Origin: Trichothermofontia sichuanensis B231
Lineage (GTDB): Bacteria; Cyanobacteriota; Cyanobacteriia; B231
Length of the DNA stretch: 24,000 bases
Assembly: GCF_026240635.1 (NCBI RefSeq)
Contig: NZ_CP110848.1
Location: 2,785,741-2,809,740, forward strand
Direction: 5' to 3'
Shown here: one piece after another, positions 18,385-24,000 of the stretch
How the letters are laid out: each line of letters starts with the position of its first letter
Position numbering within the stretch: the first letter of the stretch is position 1
Translations under genes and position numbers: made by a program
Notes under the pieces: generated by a model
Database searches by the model: none
What the model saw: the letters and a program-made list of their open reading frames with translations, nothing else
Told to the model about the DNA's origin: nothing

Positions 18385-19756
18385 CAGTTCTCTAGTAATG
18401 GGTGGCGGTCGCGACCAGGAATCCTCCGGCTTTGCCTGGTGGGCTGGTAACGCACGCCTGATCAACCTGTCCGGTAAACTGCTGGGTGCCCACGTCGCCC
18501 ATGCCGGTCTGATTGTTTTCTGGGCTGGGGCCATGACCCTGTTTGAAGTAGCCCACTACATTCCTGAAAAGCCCATGTATGAACAGGGCTGTATTTTGAT
18601 CCCCCACCTAGCGACGCTGGGTTGGGGGGTTGGTCCCGGTGGTGAAGTGGTGGATACCTTCCCCTACTTCGTCATTGGTGTACTGCACTTAGTATCCTCG
18701 GCGGTGCTGGGTTTAGGTGGGATTTACCACACTCTGCGCGGTCCGGAGGTGCTGGAAGATTACTCCGCTTTCTTCGGCTATGACTGGCGCGATAAGAACA
18801 AGATGACCACTATCATCGGTATTCACCTGATCCTGTTGGGTTTGGGTGCATTCCTGCTGGTGGCCAAGGCAATGTTCTTTGGTGGTGTCTATGATACCTG
18901 GGCACCGGGCGGTGGTGATGTCCGCATCATCAGCAACCCGACTCTGAACCCCGCCATTATTTTTGGCTATCTGGTGAAGTCACCCTTTGGCGGTGAAGGT
19001 TGGATTGTTGGCGTCAACAACATGGAAGATGTGATCGGTGGTCATATTTGGATCGGCCTGATCTGCATTTCCGGGGGTGTTTGGCACATTCTGACCCAGC
19101 CCTTTGGGTGGGTACGTCGCGCCTTTGTCTGGTCTGGCGAAGCCTACCTCTCTTACAGCCTCGGTGCGTTGTCGCTGATGGGCTTTATTGCCTCCTGTAT
19201 GGTGTGGTTCAACAATACGGTCTATCCGAGTGAATTCTATGGCCCCACCAATGCGGAAGCCTCCCAAGCGCAGTCCTTTGTGTTCCTGGCCCGTGACCAA
19301 AAGCTGGGTGCTAACATTGCCTCGGCCCAAGGTCCGACTGGTCTGGGTAAATACCTGATGCGATCGCCGACGGGTGAAATCATCTTCGGGGGTGAAACCA
19401 TGCGCTTCTGGGATTTCCGGGGGCCGTGGCTGGAGCCATTCCGGGGGCCGAATGGTCTGGATCTGGACAAGCTGAAGAATGACATCCAGCCCTGGCAGAT
19501 CCGTCGGGCGGCTGAGTACATGACCCATGCACCGAACGGGTCGATCAACTCGGTGGGTGGCATCATCACGGAACCCAACGCGTTCAACTATGTGAACCCC
19601 CGTGCCTGGTTGGCGACTTCCCACTTTGTGCTGGCGTTCTTCTTCCTCGTCGGTCACCTCTGGCACGCTGGTCGTGCCCGTGCAGCGGCGGCTGGTTTTG
19701 AGAAGGGGATCGATCGCGAGAACGAACCTGTACTAGCGATGGGCGATCTTGACTAG
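18368..19756 (+). CDS. psbC: photosystem II CP43 chlorophyll apoprotein
   Basis: Canonical CP43 ([42 protein letters not shown]...). Start placed at the in-frame GTG at 18368 (VETPFNSS), overlapping the psbD 3' end by 17 nt. The in-frame ATG at 18332 is the alternative. Confidence 0.93.
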   Translation: METPFNSSLVMGGGRDQESSGFAWWAGNARLINLSGKLLGAHVAHAGLIVFWAGAMTLFEVAHYIPEKPMYEQGCILIPHLATLGWGVGPGGEVVDTFPYFVIGVLHLVSSAVLGLGGIYHTLRGPEVLEDYSAFFGYDWRDKNKMTTIIGIHLILLGLGAFLLVAKAMFFGGVYDTWAPGGGDVRIISNPTLNPAIIFGYLVKSPFGGEGWIVGVNNMEDVIGGHIWIGLICISGGVWHILTQPFGWVRRAFVWSGEAYLSYSLGALSLMGFIASCMVWFNNTVYPSEFYGPTNAEASQAQSFVFLARDQKLGANIASAQGPTGLGKYLMRSPTGEIIFGGETMRFWDFRGPWLEPFRGPNGLDLDKLKNDIQPWQIRRAAEYMTHAPNGSINSVGGIITEPNAFNYVNPRAWLATSHFVLAFFFLVGHLWHAGRARAAAAGFEKGIDRENEPVLAMGDLD

Positions 19757-19799
19757 GACGTATCCCTAGGCAGCGATCGACCTGGAATCCATTTCAGAC

Positions 19800-19836
19800 A
19801 ATCTCTCAGTCCCCAGGGATTGGGAGATTTTTTATT
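19800..19836 (+). terminator. Rho-independent terminator of psbDC
   Basis: 13-bp stem, aatctctcagtcc (19800-19812) pairing with ggattgggagatt (19817-19829), with two G-U pairs and a ccag loop. A T-tract (tttttta) follows. It lies 44 nt after the psbC stop. Confidence 0.7.
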
Positions 19837-19857
19837 GGTTTAGGGTTAGGGGTGTTA

Positions 19858-19962
19858 TGGTCAATCCAAATAAGAACGATACAATTTTTCACTCCCCTCT
19901 CCCGCTCTGGGAGAGGGGTTGGGGGTGAGGGTGGTGTTTCAGCCTAAATTGCAATGACTATA
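19858..19962 (+). mobile_element. 105-bp MITE-like repeat (family A, copy 2)
   Basis: Same length as 1227-1331 and about 92 percent identical to it. It contains a perfect 10-bp hairpin, cccctctccc (19894-19903) with gggagagggg (19909-19918). Confidence 0.55.
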
Positions 19963-20292
19963 GGCATCCCCCTGATTACGGGAATCCGTGATCAGTTCCG
20001 GCGTGATCAGTTCCGGTTTGAGACGAACCACTGCTTGCCGATCGCCTGCCGCTCTTGCCGTGTCCCCCGGCTCAGTCCGGCTCCCTGCCCGATTATGGTA
20101 GGCGAAGAGTTGATCATGGTCAGGCAGCGCCCCCATCACATCGCCCAATACAAACCGGAAACTCCCCCGAAAACCTAACCCTTCCCCATCATCTGTGCGG
20201 GGCAGTATTGTCCGCAGCACGATCGTCGGGATCAAACTCAGTAAAATAGCAAGGCTCAGCCAACGATCGCTGTCGGGCAGCACCGCAAACAA
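19939..20292 (-). CDS. hypothetical membrane-anchored protein with weak S26 (signal-peptidase/SodX-like) resemblance
   Basis: TTG start and an N-terminal hydrophobic helix (WLSLAILLSLIPTIVL). Motifs are GDVMGAL, VVRLK and TDSRNQG. The last 7-8 codons and the stop are encoded inside MITE copy 2. An in-frame 15-bp tandem duplication (PELIT x2) is present. Confidence 0.4.
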   Translation of the reverse strand: MFAVLPDSDRWLSLAILLSLIPTIVLRTILPRTDDGEGLGFRGSFRFVLGDVMGALPDHDQLFAYHNRAGSRTEPGDTARAAGDRQAVVRLKPELITPELITDSRNQGDAYSHCNLG

Positions 20293-20353
20293 CCAGTCAA
20301 CTTCCAGGCGGCGATTTGATGGTCATCATCCCCCCTAACTAGCCCGATCGCGC

Positions 20354-20872
20354 CTAGCCCCCCTGATCGCGCCTAGCCCCTAGGACATCTATAAAATAAT
20401 CGGGTGATTGCGGGGTAATCAGTAACGGCAAGTGGACCGATCGCTCCACCAAAACCATCTGATCCGCTCGCGACACGTAAAATTCCAGCCAGCCAGCTTT
20501 GTTGGTCCATAACCATCCAAAGCCACCCCACAGACCTGCAACGCCGATCCGCAATGCCAGATGACCACAGCGTTGTTGGAATTGATCCAAGTTGAGCAAT
20601 TGCGTCTGGGTAATTGTCGCCAACGGGATCACCCGCCGCCAAACCGGAAACACAATGACCAGATGGCGATCTGTGACGCGAAAATACACTGGACGACAGC
20701 CTAACCAAACTCCGGCATAGAGCAAAGCCAATAATACCGCTATTCCAGCTAGGCTGACGTTCTGTAGCACGAAAGCCACCCCCAGCAATACTATCGGTAA
20801 CAAGAGCAGTGCGATCGTCAACCCCCGAATTAGCGGTGACATGGGTGCGAGTGGGAAATAATCAGGTGTCAT
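20354..20872 (-). CDS. membrane protein with bacterial PH-domain-like C-terminal region
   Basis: 172 aa with two N-terminal transmembrane helices, then YFRVTDRHLVIVFPVWRRVIPLATI, which resembles bPH/DUF304-type domains. The stop codon lies inside an imperfect tandem repeat (20339-20384). Confidence 0.55.
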   Translation of the reverse strand: MTPDYFPLAPMSPLIRGLTIALLLLPIVLLGVAFVLQNVSLAGIAVLLALLYAGVWLGCRPVYFRVTDRHLVIVFPVWRRVIPLATITQTQLLNLDQFQQRCGHLALRIGVAGLWGGFGWLWTNKAGWLEFYVSRADQMVLVERSVHLPLLITPQSPDYFIDVLGARRDQGG

Positions 20873-21113
20873 AATGCTCCGCCCTAGTCATGGAATTGTT
20901 CACAAGTGATGAACTCCAGCATTTCTGTTTGAACTGAGGTTCAAAGTTGCGGCTAGAACCCTTCAGCATCAGGTATCACGGCATCTCACTGGTTCAGGAA
21001 TCGCTGTAGCATTCTAATCATAACCTCCACAGGTTTCGGCAAAAATCCGCTCATGCCTGAAGCCAATTCTGACACCTTGCACCTTTTATTGTTTTCCCAT
21101 GAGGTAAGTGGCT

Positions 21114-21225
21114 GGCTCTCCTGTGTTTATGGTGGGGGCGCTACGCGCTCCTACCATAAACACAGCGTTTCGGCTCTTTGATGTGTAGTTACCTATACGG
21201 TTTACTCCATAAACTCAGAAGAGCC
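21114..21225. mobile_element. 112-bp MITE with 19-bp terminal inverted repeats and 8-bp target-site duplication
   Basis: The TSD aagtggct occurs at 21106-21113 and 21226-21233. The TIRs are ggctctcctgtgtttatgg (21114-21132) and ccataaactcagaagagcc (21207-21225), matching at 17 of 19 positions. There is an internal 21-bp hairpin at 21121-21165. Confidence 0.6.
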
Positions 21226-21387
21226 AAGTGGCTATTGAATACTGTGCTATAAGTTATCTCTAAGCGTTAGTTGATCAAACTCAATTGATTGCACCGCTGT
21301 TCAAACCATGCAAACAGCCAACAAGCAACCATTCTCCCGCTAGAATAAATCCAGGTAGTTCCACCGGGCTACTCCAAGGATGACAAC

Positions 21388-21458
21388 GCAATCATTAACA
21401 TAATCGCGTAATCATTAACGTAATCACAGTAACGTAATCATTAATGCAATCATTGAAG
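21388..21458 (+). promoter_or_regulatory. array of AATCATT(A/G)A / TAATC(A/G) direct repeats upstream of the flavodiiron gene
   Basis: aatcattaa occurs at 21390, 21410 and 21436, and aatcattga at 21448. Degenerate taatcg and taatcac copies occur at 21401 and 21421. Spacing is 8-14 bp. The array ends 17 nt before the ATG, just upstream of the agggagg Shine-Dalgarno sequence. Confidence 0.4.
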
Positions 21459-21474
21459 ACGCAAGGGAGGCACT

Positions 21475-23208
21475 ATGGTTGGAATGGCTGCAACCGCTAC
21501 ACGGCGACTCACCCTACAAGTAGTTGAAGACATTGCCGCTGACACCACTGTCATTCGATCGCTCGACTGGGATCGCGATCGCTTTGATATTGAATTTGGC
21601 CTGCGCAATGGTACCACCTACAACTCCTTTTTAATTCGGGGTGAGAAAGTGGCCCTTGTAGATACCTCCCATGAAAAATTTCGCCAACTGTATCTCGAGG
21701 CACTGCAAAAGCTTATTGAGCCCACCACAATTGATTACTTGATTATTAGCCACACCGAACCCGATCATAGTGGCCTTGTCCGGGATTTCCTGGCCTTGGC
21801 TCCCCAAGTTACGGTGGTTGGCTCTAAAGTTGCTTTGCAATTTCTTGATAACTTAGTCCACCGCCCCTTTGAGCGCCTGATTGTCAAAAATGGCGATCAA
21901 ATTGACCTGGGGAAGGGTCATCTCTTAGAAGCTGTCATTGCCCCTAACCTGCACTGGCCGGATACGATTTTCACCTTCGATCACAAAACCCGTATCCTGT
22001 TTACCTGCGATGCTTTTGGGATGCACTATTGTTCTGACAAACTCTTTGATGAAGATCTACACGAGATCGAGGCTGACTTCCAATTCTACTACGACTGTCT
22101 CATGGGTCCCAATGCCCGCTCGGTGCTATCGGCGATGAAACGAATGCAATCCTTGGGGGAAATTAGCACGATCGCGACCGGCCACGGGCCACTCCTGCGC
22201 TACAATCTAGGTGAACTCACAGGCCGCTACCGGGAATGGAGCCAGAACCAGGCCAAAGCGGAAACCACTGTTGCCGTTTTTTATGTCTCTGACTACGGCT
22301 ACAGCGATCGCCTCTCCCAAGCGATCGCCCGTGGGGTGACCAAAACGGGCGTGGCGGTGGACATGGTGGATCTCAAATCTACTGACCTTCAGGAAATTCG
22401 GGAGATCGTGGGGGAAGCTGCGGGCCTGATTATTGGTACTCCTCCGGCATCGGGGCCAGCTCTCGCAGCCACCCAAGCTGCCCTCAGTACGGTCCTTGCC
22501 TCAGCCCACCCTGGGCAGGTCATTGGTCTGTTTGAGTCGCATGGGGAGGATGATGAACCCATCTATCCCCTGCAAAATAAATTCCGGGACTTGGGGTTGG
22601 GAGAAGCCTTCCCTGCGATTTGCATTACCGACGCGGAGGTCACGGAAGCCATTTACCAACGCTGCGAAGAATCCGGCACGGACGTAGGGCAATTCCTTAG
22701 CCGCGATCGCGCTATTAAGCAAATGAAGGCGTTGGATACCGATCTGGATAAGGCCCTGGGGCGGCTGAGTGGCGGACTCTACATCATTACTGCTCGCAAA
22801 GGGGATAGCAGTGGGGCAATGCTAGCGTCGTGGGTGTCCCAGGCCAGTTTTCAACCCCTGGGAGTCTCGATCGCCGTGGCGAAGGATCGCGCCATTGAAT
22901 CCCTGATGCAGGTGGGCGATCGCTTTGTCCTCAATGTTTTAGAAGAGGGGAACCACCTCGCCCTTATGAAGCACTTCCTCAAGCGTTTTCCCCCTGGCGC
23001 TGATCGCTTTGCTGGGGTAAAAACCTACGAAGCAGAAAATGGGGCACCGATTCTGGCTGACGCCTTGGCCTATATGGAATGTGAGGTGATCAGCCGTATG
23101 GACTGTAGTGATCACTGGATTGTTTACAGCAGCATTCAGACGGGTCGGGTGTCGAAGCCCGAAGCACTGACGGCAGTTCACCATCGCAAGGTTGGCAATC
23201 ATTATTAG
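21475..23208 (+). CDS. flavodiiron protein (class C; metallo-beta-lactamase-like + flavodoxin-like + flavin reductase domains)
   Basis: 577 aa. Diiron motif HTEPDHSG, flavodoxin-like segment VAVFYVSDYGYSDRLSQAIA, and a C-terminal flavin-reductase-like segment GLYIITARKGDSSGAMLASWVSQASFQPLGVSIAV. The N-terminal RSLDWDRDRFDIEFGLRNGTTYNSFLI is typical of cyanobacterial Flv proteins. I did not resolve the paralog (Flv1/3 versus Flv2/4). Confidence 0.9.
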   Translation: MVGMAATATRRLTLQVVEDIAADTTVIRSLDWDRDRFDIEFGLRNGTTYNSFLIRGEKVALVDTSHEKFRQLYLEALQKLIEPTTIDYLIISHTEPDHSGLVRDFLALAPQVTVVGSKVALQFLDNLVHRPFERLIVKNGDQIDLGKGHLLEAVIAPNLHWPDTIFTFDHKTRILFTCDAFGMHYCSDKLFDEDLHEIEADFQFYYDCLMGPNARSVLSAMKRMQSLGEISTIATGHGPLLRYNLGELTGRYREWSQNQAKAETTVAVFYVSDYGYSDRLSQAIARGVTKTGVAVDMVDLKSTDLQEIREIVGEAAGLIIGTPPASGPALAATQAALSTVLASAHPGQVIGLFESHGEDDEPIYPLQNKFRDLGLGEAFPAICITDAEVTEAIYQRCEESGTDVGQFLSRDRAIKQMKALDTDLDKALGRLSGGLYIITARKGDSSGAMLASWVSQASFQPLGVSIAVAKDRAIESLMQVGDRFVLNVLEEGNHLALMKHFLKRFPPGADRFAGVKTYEAENGAPILADALAYMECEVISRMDCSDHWIVYSSIQTGRVSKPEALTAVHHRKVGNHY

Positions 23209-23324
23209 GATTGACCCCCCTGATCCACGGTATACGGATGGTTTGGAAGCAGCCGACCTCATTGCGAATACGTCGGGTTTCATCCAGTGAGGTAACCCCC
23301 CTGATTGAGTGAAAAAACTCCAAC

Positions 23325-23515
23325 TGCCCTCACCCCAACCCCTCTCTCCCGCTCTGGGAGAGGGGCCTGGGAGCCAGGTTTTGGGGGCAAAGTCCCTTCG
23401 CCCTTGGAGGGATAAGGCATTTAGGCGTGAGGATAGAGAAGTGAGCTGTCAGGGCAACTGAGTGACTACAGCCTTTACCTAATTTACTCAGTACACCGTT
23501 AAGGTTTGGATCTTG
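23325..23515 (-). repeat. family B modular repeat, inverted copy
   Basis: Hairpin cccctctctcccgctctgggagagggg at 23339-23365. The terminal module at 23466-23510 is the reverse complement of 6404-6449 at about 80 percent identity. Confidence 0.5.
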
Positions 23516-23519
23516 ATCC

Positions 23520-23645
23520 GACCGGCAGCCCTCATCCCCCCACCCCTTCTCCCCACTTGGGAGAAGGGGAGCCGGATTTTCAAGTCGCTCTCCGGCTCTG
23601 GGAGAGGGAAGTGAACAACTGTATTTTTCTTATTGGGATTGACCA
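23520..23645 (-). mobile_element. MITE-like repeat carrying the family A left-end module (inverted)
   Basis: agtgaacaactgtatttttcttattgggattgacca matches the reverse complement of 1227-1262. Two upstream hairpin modules are present (ccccttctcc..ggagaagggg and ctctcc..ggagag). Confidence 0.5.
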
Positions 23646-23739
23646 TAGAAGCGGTTCTACTCGATATTACTCGATATTAGTAGTCTGTCCCTGAATGCCA
23701 TTGCTGAGAACTTGGATGTATCGGCCTAGGCAGTTCAGT

Positions 23740-23842
23740 TATAGTCATTGCCATTTAGGCTGAAACAGCCCCCTCAACCCCAACCCCTCTCCCACAGGGG
23801 GAGAGGGGCTTAGACATCTCTTTCTAATTTGAAATAACTATA
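23740..23842 (-). mobile_element. MITE-like repeat carrying the family A right-end module (inverted), with tatagt...actata termini
   Basis: tatagtcattgccatttaggctgaaacagccccctcaaccccaacccctctccc is the reverse complement of the right half of 1227-1331 and 19858-19962. The other end differs, so this copy is chimeric. Confidence 0.5.
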
Positions 23843-23853
23843 ACTAACCTGTC

Positions 23854-24000
23854 TCAGTCCAACTCTGAGGTCTGGGTCTGAGGCCAGGGCAAGCTGCGAT
23901 CTTGTGCCAACAATTGTGCGATCGCGGCAGCCCCCCATTGATTGAGATGGCTCGGATCATCGAAAAACGCATAGTTTTGGGGCCAACGCCGACCATAATC
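23854..24000 (-). CDS. 3' end of a gene running off the window; possible SGNH/GDSL-type hydrolase C-terminus
   Basis: The minus-strand frame reads DYGRRWPQNYAFFDDPSHLNQWGAAAIAQLLAQD...* (TGA at 23854-23856). DDPSHLNxxG resembles the DxxH block V of SGNH hydrolases. Only 48 codons are visible. Confidence 0.35.
   Translation of the reverse strand, partial: DYGRRWPQNYAFFDDPSHLNQWGAAAIAQLLAQDRSLPWPQTQTSELD

Noticed and set aside
18980-19666. 228-aa minus-strand ORF (and 19237-19587)
   Set aside because: It is antisense to psbC. It is a shadow ORF with no recognisable domain.
23506-23694. 62-aa ORF (MDLDPTGSPHPPTPSPHLGEGEP...)
   Set aside because: It is composed of read-through of GC-hairpin repeat modules. 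The same kind of pseudo-peptide arises wherever these repeats occur.
23320-23850. Possible CRISPR array, because of the repeated hairpin-forming GC motifs
   Set aside because: The repeats are not identical, are not regularly spaced, occur in both orientations, and have no unique spacers of uniform length. No cas genes are present in the window.
1-24000. A novel multi-gene system (defence, secondary metabolism, toxin-antitoxin, secretion) hidden in the window
   Set aside because: Every ORF over 100 aa with coding-like properties is assignable to housekeeping or photosynthesis families, or is a lone small hypothetical. The unexplained DNA is accounted for by dispersed repeats, MITEs and gene relics. 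I found no operon of unknown genes.

Overview
This is a cyanobacterial chromosomal segment. I count about 25 copies of the HIP1 octamer GCGATCGC by eye (about 1 per kb), and the window carries photosystem II and form IB Rubisco genes. Almost all content is core housekeeping or photosynthesis. In order: hemE, ileS, a decayed TPR fragment plus an ISAs1-type transposase relic, tsf, rpsB, two small hypothetical genes, a Rubisco-activase-like AAA+ gene, rbcS, rbcX, rbcL (the last four on the minus strand as rbcL-rbcX-rbcS-rca), a secreted 7-blade beta-propeller protein, lipA, a CheY-like response regulator, recR, ycf4, psbD-psbC, a small S26-peptidase-like ORF, a PH-domain-like membrane protein, a flavodiiron protein, and the 3' end of an SGNH-like gene. 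Intergenic regions hold modular GC-rich hairpin repeats and MITE-like elements, and short tandem duplications are common. I see no CRISPR array, prophage, defence island, tRNA or rRNA, and no convincing novel multi-gene system. The points most worth follow-up are: (1) the activase-like protein stops at the end of its AAA+ core and lacks the SSUL domain; (2) an array of AATCATT(A/G)A repeats sits directly upstream of the flavodiiron gene; (3) a 112-bp MITE next to that array has a clear 8-bp target-site duplication; (4) recR appears to use a Shine-Dalgarno-positioned non-canonical start codon; (5) a small ORF looks like an S26 peptidase with its catalytic serine replaced. All functional calls rest on motif recognition from the translations. 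No database search was run.
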